A DNA stretch of 64,000 nucleotides, taken from Candidatus Anstonella stagnisolia (GTDB lineage: Archaea > Micrarchaeota > Micrarchaeia > Anstonellales > Anstonellaceae). Where the stretch lies: contig CABMCJ010000001.1 in NCBI GenBank assembly GCA_902384585.1, positions 671 through 64,670 of the forward strand, read 5' to 3'. The translations under genes were made by a program, and so were the position numbers. The notes under the pieces were generated by a model. That model searched no databases. It had not been told where the DNA came from and saw only the letters and a list, made by a program, of their open reading frames with translations. Positions 7,785 to 16,172 of the stretch are shown one piece after another (positions within the stretch are counted from its first letter, which is position 1; each line of letters begins with the position of its first letter).

Positions 7785-10091
7785 ATGAAATCAGTGAACG
7801 TTAAAAAAATCTGCGTGCTCGCATGCGCTGCACTCATCGCAGGCTCAGGCATAGCGGCAGCAGCCCAATTCCCTTTCAGCACCCTCATAAGCGACTCGCT
7901 TGACAAAACTTTGCAGAACCGCGCATTTGCAGGCGATGCGGACATTTACCCAGCCTCTCTAGACCTTGCAGACACGCAGGCAGACCTCTCGCCGCTTCGC
8001 GGCGCAAACGACGTCTCAGTTGCAACCGCAACCCACCTCTACCGCATAGGGCCGGAGCAGTTTAGGCCATTTGCACAAAACGCGGTGCGTGACCCGGTTG
8101 CAAACGCCCAATACACACAAACGCAGAACTTTTGGGTGGGCTCACGCAACGCAAACAACGTCGCATACGATTCATCCGCAGCATTCCGCGACGTTATATC
8201 AAAATATTCCGTGATGGCTTACAATACAAAATTCGCAGGCAACGATTTCGGCATACCCAAGTGCAGCGCCCCAGGCGAGAATGGCAACTGGGCAGAGTGC
8301 CCCATGCCCGTTCTCACTGCAACGCACCGCACGCGCATAAAGTTCATGGGCAGCACATGGACAATAACTGAAATGAATGCCCCCGCAGCAGCGCTGCCTT
8401 CCCCGGATGCGGCAATAAACGGAGGCTCAGTGAAGCTTGCAAAGGAAGCGGCATATGGCGTGCTTCGCAACGGCGCAAGCCTCTCCAACGGGCAGCTGAG
8501 CGCAAGGCTTTCCAGCATAAGCCGTGAAGCGGACCACCCTGCAATAATTGACATCCTTGATGCAAACAACAACGTTGTCGGGCAGATTACGGTACGCCAG
8601 GGAACCACATACACATTTGTGCAAGCGAATGCAGGCACCACAATAAAAATCCACCTTTACGAAACAACGTATTCTGCGCGGGCAAACCAGCAGCGCGCAA
8701 AAATGTCCGTGCTTTCAGACGAAATAACCCTCCAGGACAATAGAAGGTACAACCTAGTTGCAGCAAACGACCCTAACCACAACTACATGGTTTCCCTCTT
8801 GTGGAAAAACCGCGACTATGTGCAGGGCGCAAGCACTGTTGCGGACTCGCTTCGCGAAATAGTGGTATACAACCAGGACGAGTTTGCCGGGGGGAAATAC
8901 GGGGCAGGGGACGCGGTCTCTTTCCCTGCGCAGGGCAGCGCATACACACTCACATTCAACGGCGTCCAGGCACCAGCGGCCCGCTACGAGCGGCTGCAGA
9001 TAAACGCACTCGCGCAAGACACATACCGCATAGCAGTTTCAGACAATCTCGCTTCATGCGCAGCGAATGCGCAAGGCGACCTCTCCTACACTGCGCGCCT
9101 TATTGAGCTGAGGACAACCTCAAACTCCTTTGGCGGCGCAGAAGACCTGCTTTCAATAGGGGGCAGGAACTACGCAGTAAATAAAATATATTACGACCCA
9201 TCGGGGATTGTGGGCAACGGCACAACGCTCAACGGCACCCAGAACCTCTCGGCAGACATGACGCAGGCACATCCGCGCATTTTCTTCAAGCGCCCCGGCA
9301 CCGACTGCTATGTCTACAAGAACGTAACTACGTTGCAGCCTGATGCGCAGGCAGTAGAACTCTCTCCCCTCTCTACAGTGCGCTTTGCGCCGGCAAGCGC
9401 GCGCGGGGGCGACGTGGACGGGCTCCTGTTCTTCACAACGCCCTCCCTGCAGCAGTTCACAAGATACTACTCAGGCATAGGTCTTCAGGAAGATGCGGGC
9501 GCATACCTTGGCGCGCAAAGCACCGCGGTAAAAACAATAGTGCCTTTGTGGATAACAAACACCTCGCTTCGCTTCAAGCTCTTTGACCGGGACGTGGGCA
9601 CAATGGACTACTCCGGCATAGCGGAGAATTTCCAGCAATCCCACTACGAATTGCCCTTTACAACCGAGCGCGGCAGCAAGGTGAACGAGGTCTCGACCTC
9701 GTTTGCCTCCATTGACGCGGCAAAGCAGGTGCTGCAGGCAAAATTCACCTTCTCCAACCGCAACAATTTTGACGACGCAGCACTGGATAACGCAGTTGAC
9801 GTTGTGAACGTGCCGCCTGAAATAATATTGCCAATCCAGCCCGCGCAAAACGTGCAGGCACAGGCAGTGGCGCAAAACGTGCAGCCAATCCCCCCTGCAC
9901 CGCCAATCCTTCCTGTGAAGCCCGTGCTTCCGGTGCAGCCAATATCCACCGTACAACCAGCGCAGCCAGTGGCGCCGGTGCAGCCAGTGCAACCGCTCAC
10001 CGTGCAGCAAACCGCAAACAAAATAACGATTGTTGCGCTGCCTTCTGGCACTTCGGGCGAAGGCGCGCAGGCTGCAATAAAGAGGCAGTAG
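7785..10091 (+). CDS. Large secreted surface (S-layer-like) protein with P/V/Q-rich C-terminal repeat region
   Basis: From ORF 7776..10091; the ATG at 7785 is preceded by GAGGTG. Signal is KKICVLACAALIAGSGIAAAAQ. There is no TM or enzymatic motif. The tail is PIQPAQNVQAQAVAQNVQPIPPAPPILPVKPVLPVQPISTVQPAQPVAPVQPVQP. Confidence 0.6.
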   Translation: MKSVNVKKICVLACAALIAGSGIAAAAQFPFSTLISDSLDKTLQNRAFAGDADIYPASLDLADTQADLSPLRGANDVSVATATHLYRIGPEQFRPFAQNAVRDPVANAQYTQTQNFWVGSRNANNVAYDSSAAFRDVISKYSVMAYNTKFAGNDFGIPKCSAPGENGNWAECPMPVLTATHRTRIKFMGSTWTITEMNAPAAALPSPDAAINGGSVKLAKEAAYGVLRNGASLSNGQLSARLSSISREADHPAIIDILDANNNVVGQITVRQGTTYTFVQANAGTTIKIHLYETTYSARANQQRAKMSVLSDEITLQDNRRYNLVAANDPNHNYMVSLLWKNRDYVQGASTVADSLREIVVYNQDEFAGGKYGAGDAVSFPAQGSAYTLTFNGVQAPAARYERLQINALAQDTYRIAVSDNLASCAANAQGDLSYTARLIELRTTSNSFGGAEDLLSIGGRNYAVNKIYYDPSGIVGNGTTLNGTQNLSADMTQAHPRIFFKRPGTDCYVYKNVTTLQPDAQAVELSPLSTVRFAPASARGGDVDGLLFFTTPSLQQFTRYYSGIGLQEDAGAYLGAQSTAVKTIVPLWITNTSLRFKLFDRDVGTMDYSGIAENFQQSHYELPFTTERGSKVNEVSTSFASIDAAKQVLQAKFTFSNRNNFDDAALDNAVDVVNVPPEIILPIQPAQNVQAQAVAQNVQPIPPAPPILPVKPVLPVQPISTVQPAQPVAPVQPVQPLTVQQTANKITIVALPSGTSGEGAQAAIKRQ

Positions 10092-10148
10092 GCGCGTTCA
10101 CTGCATCGCGCCTGCATTTCTTTTATTCTTTGTTATGCACAGCAACTG

Positions 10149-10850
10149 ATGGTGGTTTTGGTGAAATCCGGCTTGAAAATCCTGCTGTTTGCATTTGCAA
10201 TCCTCTCGCTTGCTTCTGTTGCATTCGCGGCAGACTATCCGGAGAGCTGCAAGCGCACATCAAGCAGCCGATACGGCAACCCCTACAACGACTACTGCCT
10301 TGCCCAGGGGGCCCGCACTGTTTCCGACTGCAGCCTAATTGAAAACAGCATTTACGCCCGCGACTGCTATGAAAATTTTGCAGCAACTGTTTCCGACTGC
10401 AATGAAATCCCAATCGCCTACCGCAAAACCTGCGTCGTAGTGCAAACATACCAGAAAAACCCGTCCGACATGCAAACCTGCCGCACATCCGCATACACGC
10501 AGGACTGCTACATATACTACGTGAAAACAAACAGCCCAAGAACGCTTGGCGCGTGCGACGAAGTGCCTGACCAGTACGTCCAGGAGTGCTATAGGCAGGT
10601 GATGCACCAGATACTTCCTATGGATGAGAAATATTGCGGCACAATAGACCCAAAATACTACGGCATATGCGTGAACGAGGTGGACCAGAACAAGCAGTTC
10701 CTCATGGTGGCTGCCGGCCTCACAGGGCTTTTTGGCGCCCTATGCCTCTCCCCTATCCTCTGCCCAGCCGCCTGCATACTCATAATAGTGGTAACCGCGA
10801 TTGTGGCTGCGGTTTTCTACACGAAGAGGAAAAAGCAGCAGAGAAAATAG
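10149..10850 (+). CDS. Cys-rich repeat exoprotein with C-terminal TM anchor
   Basis: Signal is LKILLFAFAILSLASVAFA. Repeated C-x(9-12)-C units follow (DCSLIENSIYARDCY, DCNEIPIAYRKTC, ACDEVPDQYVQECY). C-terminal TM plus KRKKQQRK. Same repeat logic as 60014..61168. Confidence 0.6.
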   Translation: MVVLVKSGLKILLFAFAILSLASVAFAADYPESCKRTSSSRYGNPYNDYCLAQGARTVSDCSLIENSIYARDCYENFAATVSDCNEIPIAYRKTCVVVQTYQKNPSDMQTCRTSAYTQDCYIYYVKTNSPRTLGACDEVPDQYVQECYRQVMHQILPMDEKYCGTIDPKYYGICVNEVDQNKQFLMVAAGLTGLFGALCLSPILCPAACILIIVVTAIVAAVFYTKRKKQQRK

Positions 10851-10911
10851 CCTTCCTGCCCAGCGCCTTCCCTATTATTTTTTAATCTCTTCTTGGCATT
10901 AAAATAGCCGG

Positions 10912-11071
10912 GCTCCCATAGTCTAGCCCGGTCAAGGACGGAGCCCTCTCACAACCCTTTTTTGCGCTCCAGATGGGAACGCGCAAAAAAGCGTTGACGG
11001 AAAACCAAAAAATCGTCGGCAAAAATGGTTGGAGCAAGGCTTTAACTCGGGTTCAAATCCCGATGGGAGCG
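10912..11071 (+). tRNA. tRNA-Glu (anticodon CTC) with 85-nt intron at 37/38 (10952..11036)
   Basis: Manual fold: acceptor GCTCCCA/TGGGAGC, D stem GTCT/GGAC, anticodon stem GAGCC/GGCTT, loop CT-CTC-A|A, T arm TCGGG-TTCAAAT-CCCGA, discriminator G. The intron forms a canonical bulge-helix-bulge: central helix CTCT/GGAG, 3-nt bulges CA|c and ca|A, outer helix AACC/GGTT. Confidence 0.8.
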
Positions 11072-11077
11072 CTTTAC

Positions 11078-11578
11078 ATGGAAAAAAGAACACAGTGGTT
11101 GGCTGCCTTTACCGTCCTTCTAGGCGCCTCCATTTATTTTTTCGGCTACATAGATGCGCTCTTTTTCCGCACGCCCGATTTCTCAATGCAAATACTCGGT
11201 GCAACGTTGACAAGGAAAGACCTGTATTTCGCATTCCTAACGCTCTTTTTTGCAGCGTTTTCCCTCTGCTGCGTTGCAGCCCTCAAGCTTGCGCAGGCAA
11301 TCCAGAAAGAAAAGAAAAATTTGAGCGCACCGCGCTTCCTCGCCTTTGTTCTCCTGAACGTTCTCCTCTTCTCAATCTGGCTCTGGGCGCTCTCCTGGAT
11401 GCAAATAAGCACTTTTTTTGATGCGCAAAGTGCAAAATCCCTTGACCTTTGGAAAGTAGGCATGCTTTCAATCTCCGTGAAAATGAGCGAGTTTTACTAT
11501 CTTGTAGCAATTGCATTCCTTGCGCATGCGGCACTCCTGTATTTCATCCTAAAAAAAGAATTCCTTTTCAGGGAGTGA
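11078..11578 (+). CDS. Polytopic membrane protein, function unknown
   Basis: From ORF 10973..11578. The first 35 codons overlap tRNA-Glu, so the start is placed at MEKRTQWLAAFTVLL (11078). Four to five hydrophobic segments. Confidence 0.55.
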   Translation: MEKRTQWLAAFTVLLGASIYFFGYIDALFFRTPDFSMQILGATLTRKDLYFAFLTLFFAAFSLCCVAALKLAQAIQKEKKNLSAPRFLAFVLLNVLLFSIWLWALSWMQISTFFDAQSAKSLDLWKVGMLSISVKMSEFYYLVAIAFLAHAALLYFILKKEFLFRE

Positions 11579-12860
11579 TTCTCACGCGGTCGCGCGGGAA
11601 CATAGTGCATTCTCGTATGTTCTGCTGCCCGCATATTTTCATTGTGAAACGCTCAAGCCCGATTGACCATCCCGCGTGCGGCGGAGCCCCAACCCTGAAT
11701 GCATTTATGTAAAACTCAAATTTCTCCGGATTTAGCTGCCTCCTGCGCAGCGCCTCCTCAAGAAGTTCCGGAATATGAATGCGCTGTGCGCCCGAAGAAA
11801 TCTCAAGCCCGCCGAACATAAGGTCAAATGCATTGCAAATTTTCGGGTCTTCCTTCGAGGGCATGGAATAGAATGCGCGCACAGCAGTGGGCCATTTCGT
11901 TACAAAATACGTGTCGTGCCCAAGAAGCGTAACAAGCTTTGCCTCGTGCTCCCTGCTGAAATCGTGCCCGAACTCAATCGCATCCCCTGCTTTCTGCAAT
12001 TTTTCAACAAGTTCCGTATAGGTGTGCCTTGGTATTTTCTTCGGTGCCTCAAGTTTTGCCCCAATTTCCTCAAGCTCATGCTCGCAGTGCTTTTTCACGT
12101 GCGAAAGGGTGTGCAGCACGACTTCCTCAAGCACGTCCATCGCATCCTCATGGTCCGCAAACCCCATTTCAATGTCCATTTGCAGCACCTCGTTCAGGTG
12201 CGTGTTTGTATTGTGCTTTTCAGCCCTAAAGACCGGTGTTGTCATGAACACCCTGTCCATCCCGCCTATGACCGCAAGCTGCTTGTAAAGCTGCGGGGAC
12301 TGCGCAAGGTATGCCTCTTTCTCAAAATACTGCACTTTGAACAAGTCCGTTCCGCCCTCAGTTGCTTCCGCAACAATGCACGTGGGATGTATCTCGTCAA
12401 ACAAAAGCTGGCGCAATTTTTCCCTAAACGCAAACGCAACTTCGCTCTTTATCCTGAAAATCGCAGCCGCTTTCTTCGTCCTCAAATCAACATAACGGTG
12501 GTCAAGGCGCACATCAAGCTCAACCGGCACTTTCCCCGTAACCTCAAACGGGACCTTTGCGGTTATTTTCCCAAGCACCTCTATTTTTGATGGGAATACT
12601 TCCGCGCCCGCGTTTGCGATTTTTGACTGCACAACTTTTCCCGTAACCGCAACAACGGTTTCCTTGGGGTGCTCCATGAGTGCGAATACTTCTTCGCCTT
12701 CGGCTTTTTTTGCAGTTACCTGGATTGTGCCCGTCTTGTCCCGAAGGATTAGGAAGCGCACTTTCCCAAGGTCCCTTACCTCATGCACCCAGCCCGCAAG
12801 CGTGACCTCTTTCCCGATTTCCTTTTTTGCATCCGCAATATAATGTGTCCTAAGAAGCAT
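11568..12860 (-). CDS. aspS: Aspartyl-tRNA synthetase, archaeal type
   Basis: MLLRTHYIADAKKEIGKEVTLAGWVHEVRDLGKVRFLILRDKTGTIQV (OB anticodon-binding domain). Class II motifs FRAEKHNTNTHLNE and GAPPHAGWSIGLERF. Confidence 0.9.
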   Translation of the reverse strand: MLLRTHYIADAKKEIGKEVTLAGWVHEVRDLGKVRFLILRDKTGTIQVTAKKAEGEEVFALMEHPKETVVAVTGKVVQSKIANAGAEVFPSKIEVLGKITAKVPFEVTGKVPVELDVRLDHRYVDLRTKKAAAIFRIKSEVAFAFREKLRQLLFDEIHPTCIVAEATEGGTDLFKVQYFEKEAYLAQSPQLYKQLAVIGGMDRVFMTTPVFRAEKHNTNTHLNEVLQMDIEMGFADHEDAMDVLEEVVLHTLSHVKKHCEHELEEIGAKLEAPKKIPRHTYTELVEKLQKAGDAIEFGHDFSREHEAKLVTLLGHDTYFVTKWPTAVRAFYSMPSKEDPKICNAFDLMFGGLEISSGAQRIHIPELLEEALRRRQLNPEKFEFYINAFRVGAPPHAGWSIGLERFTMKICGQQNIRECTMFPRDRVRITP

Positions 12861-12874
12861 TTTAGCACCCCGAA

Positions 12875-13372
12875 TCATTCAAATACAATCGTAACATCTT
12901 GCTTTAGCACTGTTTTTATCGCTTTGCCCAAAGTGTCCAAATCAGCAGGTAAGCTCTGTATGCTTCCCTTTTCAATCCTCACTTTCGTATTCTGCACGCC
13001 CTCATGGTACATGGTATTTATCCCAAGGATTTTCGCAGGCGCAAGCAAGTCCGCAATTGTTTTCCTTGCATCAGACGAGCTCTGAGCAATGCGCACCCTT
13101 TTGCCAAGCGCGTGCGAGAGCTCGCTCACAACCGTCCCGTTCCTTCCAATAAGCACGCCCGGCTCCCCTTCAGTGAATATCACGACCATCCTTCCAAGGT
13201 CAATGCACCGCGTGAAGCTCGCCGCAGTAAGGTTGCGCCGCTGGTTTATGCGGGCAAGCAGGCGTGCGACCTCAAAATCCAGCGCGCTCAGGTCCCCCTT
13301 GCTTATTTTCTTTTCGCATTCACTGCACAGCCTGCCTTCGCGTATATCTTCTTCGCATACGGGCGTTTTCAT
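12875..13372 (-). CDS. NusA-like KH-domain RNA-binding protein with N-terminal Cys cluster
   Basis: GXXG KH motif in VLIGRNGTVVSELSHALGKRVRI. The second half, IADLLAPAKILGIN, resembles NusA KH2. N-terminus is PVCEEDIREGRLCSEC. Confidence 0.6.
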   Translation of the reverse strand: MKTPVCEEDIREGRLCSECEKKISKGDLSALDFEVARLLARINQRRNLTAASFTRCIDLGRMVVIFTEGEPGVLIGRNGTVVSELSHALGKRVRIAQSSSDARKTIADLLAPAKILGINTMYHEGVQNTKVRIEKGSIQSLPADLDTLGKAIKTVLKQDVTIVFE

Positions 13373-13389
13373 GATATTTTCGCCTTGCC

Positions 13390-13803
13390 CTATTTTACAA
13401 GAGTGATTTCAATTGAGGACACTTTTGATTTTGTGCCGTCCTCGGAAAGAAGCTCCTCCGTGCTGATGGCAATCCCCTTCACAGCCGCGCTTGTGAGGAA
13501 GCGGTGCCTCACGATTTCCGCAACGTCCACTGCGCGGGAAATCATGTTGCCCCTTGCCTTTATCTTTACCTCGCTTGTGCCCGTGTTGTTGAACTGCGTT
13601 ACAACCGCAAGCACGTATCCCATCACTCCCTTCTTCCCTATGTATATCGTGTTCGGGTCTTTTCCCTCGTGCCTTGCCGCATCCGGGTAATTCCCTTCGC
13701 GCCTTGCCGGTGTTGCTTGTTCGTGCCGGGCTTGCGTGTGCTGTTCGTGCATTGCCGGCGTTTGCTGTGCCTGCTGCGTGCTTGTTGCTTGTATTTCGTC
13801 CAT
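13390..13803 (-). CDS. albA: Alba DNA/RNA-binding protein with about 50-aa Q/H/A-rich N-terminal extension
   Basis: Core is [52 protein letters not shown]...IEITLVK. SD GGGAGGTG lies upstream of the ATG. Confidence 0.85.
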   Translation of the reverse strand: MDEIQATSTQQAQQTPAMHEQHTQARHEQATPARREGNYPDAARHEGKDPNTIYIGKKGVMGYVLAVVTQFNNTGTSEVKIKARGNMISRAVDVAEIVRHRFLTSAAVKGIAISTEELLSEDGTKSKVSSIEITLVK

Positions 13804-13860
13804 TTACACACCTCCCGATTGTGTTTGAGTCGTAATTCGCTTTGCTCATTACGATAGCTG

Positions 13861-13882
13861 AAAAAATCCTTTCGGATTTTTT
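13861..13882 (-). terminator. Hairpin AAAAAATCC-TTTC-GGATTTTTT followed by a T-run on the minus strand
   Basis: Perfect 9-bp inverted repeat abutting the stop codon of the DUF460-like gene. Confidence 0.5.
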
Positions 13883-14862
13883 CATTGCCTTTTTTGGCGG
13901 TATTCGTTGATGAGCGCTTCTATATCTGTTTCCTGCCTTTCCTCCCTCTCCTGCTCCTCCTTCTCTTGCAACTTTTTTATTCCTTTGGACTGCGGATGCT
14001 GCAAATGCGCCTTCTCCCCTTTTTTGTCCGGGCTTTTCCTTTTCCCCCCGCGCATCCTCTGTATAATCTCCCCAAGCACCTTCACCTGGTATTTTAGGTT
14101 CCTCACTTCCCTCTCCTGCATCATTTTGGCATACGCGCCGTTTGCAAGCCGCTTCACCTGCATTGCAAGCGCCTGCTTCTCGTTCTCAAGGGTTTGCACG
14201 AGTTTTTTCAGGTGCGCATTTTCCCGCGAAAGGGACGCGACTTCGTACTGCAACTTTTGAGGGGAGCGAAGCTCCCCGAAAGCTGCAACCGTCAGGTTGC
14301 CCAATTGAGAAAACTTTGAATCAGAATTATGCCCCTCTTGCGCAGGCACAGTCCGCGCACGTTCCCCCTGTTCTTCATTTTTCCCTTCTTTTTGAGCACT
14401 CAACGAAAGAATCGCATTCTTTAGCGTGTACCCGTTTATTGTCAAATGCATCAGCTTCTCCTTCTCCTCCACTGAAAAATCCGGCAGCGCAGAAATCTGC
14501 CTCAGCTTGTTCGCGTGCGCCCTATAAGCAAGCACTGCGGCGCAATACGCATCCCTCTCATGCGCGTTTGATACGTTCGCATCCTTTGCGATTTCCCGCT
14601 TCATGTCCTCGCGCACGTTCCCGCGGGGCACAAAAAGCTTTGCATTAAATGAGGATGCGACCCTAAGCACGTTTTCCGGCGCAGGATACACATCCGTTGC
14701 AACAATGCTTGGCGTCCCGAGCTTCTCAACGGCCCCAATCGCCTCATCAATTCCGGCGCTTGTGCTCTGAAGCGAAATTTTCCGCCCATCCAGCCCAAGC
14801 ACCGCTATCCCAACAGTGTTTCCCGGGTCAATCCCCACAATCAAGTAGCGCACAAAATTCAC
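13882..14862 (-). CDS. DUF460-type predicted RNase H-fold nuclease with C-terminal coiled coil and basic tail
   Basis: N-terminus YLIVGIDPGNTVGIAVLGLDG...ATDV...ERDAYCAAVLAY is typical of the archaeal DUF460 family. The C-terminus is coiled-coil and K/E-rich. Confidence 0.6.
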   Translation of the reverse strand: MNFVRYLIVGIDPGNTVGIAVLGLDGRKISLQSTSAGIDEAIGAVEKLGTPSIVATDVYPAPENVLRVASSFNAKLFVPRGNVREDMKREIAKDANVSNAHERDAYCAAVLAYRAHANKLRQISALPDFSVEEKEKLMHLTINGYTLKNAILSLSAQKEGKNEEQGERARTVPAQEGHNSDSKFSQLGNLTVAAFGELRSPQKLQYEVASLSRENAHLKKLVQTLENEKQALAMQVKRLANGAYAKMMQEREVRNLKYQVKVLGEIIQRMRGGKRKSPDKKGEKAHLQHPQSKGIKKLQEKEEQEREERQETDIEALINEYRQKRQ

Positions 14863-14872
14863 TTTTCCCTTT

Positions 14873-16108
14873 TCATTCGCTTCTCTTCTTGAATTGCAAA
14901 TCCTGCTTCAGCAAAACGTGCACGTTCCTCTCAATGTTCTGCTCAACGACAACGCCTGCGCCCACCCAGCAGTTGTCCCCAACCATTTTCCCCGGCATTA
15001 TGCTGGAAAGCACGCCCGTCTTCACGTTGTCCCCTATAATCGCGCCCAGTTTCCTTCTTTTTGTGTCTATCACAACGTCGTTCACAATCGCCTTTATGGA
15101 AAGCGCGTCAAACCGGAAATTCGCAATCTGCGTTGCAGCCCCGAAGTTGCATCCAGACCCCACAATCGAGTCCCCGATATACGTAAGGTGCTTTGCATTC
15201 ACGTTGTCAAATATTATGCTGTTTTTTACAGTGCTGGAATCCCCAATGCCGCAATTCTCGCCGATTGAAGTAGTGCCGCGCACGTACGCATGCGGCCCTA
15301 CATAGGAGTTTGCGCCCACGTACACTGTCCCGTCAATGTATGAGTCATGTATCACTGCGCCCTCTTCCATGATGAGCTTTCCCTTCACAGTGGAGTTTTC
15401 CACCTTGCCCTGCTTCTGCGGCATTTTTGAAAGCAGGAATTCGTTCGCATCAAAGAGCTGCCAGGGCATGCCCATGTCCAGCCAGTATTCGCTTATCTCA
15501 ACCGCGTTTGCCCCGTGCAGCAAGTCCACGACCTCATACTCGCCCCTCTTTGACTGCTTGAGGCTCTTGAGCTTGCTGAAAATGCTTGGCTCAAACGCAT
15601 ACAAGGAGCAGTTCGCAAGGTTGCTTTTGGGATTTTTCACTTTTTCCTCAAACGAGCTTATCTTCCCTGCCTTGAGGACTGCAGTCCCGTATTCGCTTGC
15701 ATCCTCAACAGCCTTCAGGCATGCGGACACTTCCCCTTCGTGCCCCTGCTCAAGGCTCTTTAGCGCACTCGCCTCCGTAATGATGTCCCCTGCAACCCCG
15801 AAGAAAGTGTCGCTTACAAACCCTTCCCCGCACAAAAATGCCGCTGCAGTGCCGTATTTTTCCCCCTGCTCAACAAAGTTTATCTTAAGGCCGAGGTTCC
15901 TTTTTGAAAAATAGTCCACAATCGTCTCTTTCTTGTATTTCACTACAACGGTTGCTTCCTCTACCCCTGCGGCTTTCAGGTTCTCAAGCACATGCTGCAA
16001 AATCGGCTTTCCAGCGAGCTGTATCATGCACTTTGGGCGCGTGTACGTGAGGGGCCTAAGCCTCTTTCCCTCCCCTGCCGCAAGCACCACTGCCTGTTTT
16101 ATTGCCAT
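14873..16108 (-). CDS. Bifunctional sugar-1-phosphate nucleotidylyltransferase/acetyltransferase (GlmU-like)
   Basis: N-terminal VVLAAGEGKRLRPLTYTRPKCMIQLAGKPIL nucleotidyltransferase motif. C-terminal left-handed beta-helix hexapeptide repeats. Confidence 0.85.
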   Translation of the reverse strand: MAIKQAVVLAAGEGKRLRPLTYTRPKCMIQLAGKPILQHVLENLKAAGVEEATVVVKYKKETIVDYFSKRNLGLKINFVEQGEKYGTAAAFLCGEGFVSDTFFGVAGDIITEASALKSLEQGHEGEVSACLKAVEDASEYGTAVLKAGKISSFEEKVKNPKSNLANCSLYAFEPSIFSKLKSLKQSKRGEYEVVDLLHGANAVEISEYWLDMGMPWQLFDANEFLLSKMPQKQGKVENSTVKGKLIMEEGAVIHDSYIDGTVYVGANSYVGPHAYVRGTTSIGENCGIGDSSTVKNSIIFDNVNAKHLTYIGDSIVGSGCNFGAATQIANFRFDALSIKAIVNDVVIDTKRRKLGAIIGDNVKTGVLSSIMPGKMVGDNCWVGAGVVVEQNIERNVHVLLKQDLQFKKRSE

Positions 16109-16172
16109 AACAAGCTTTACCCCGCCAAGTTTAACTATTTAACTGCCTTTTCAATCGCCGCCCGCGCAATTC

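Noticed and set aside
10952-11036. Idea that the conserved intron module is an intron-encoded box C/D sRNA, as in euryarchaeal tRNA-Trp.
   Set aside because: No RUGAUGA (C) or CUGA (D) boxes occur in the right arrangement. The nearest strings, AGAUGGG and UUGACGG, do not fit a k-turn.
10973-11077. N-terminal 35 codons of ORF 10973..11578.
   Set aside because: They read through the intron and 3' exon of tRNA-Glu. The membrane protein starts at the ATG at 11078, right after the tRNA.
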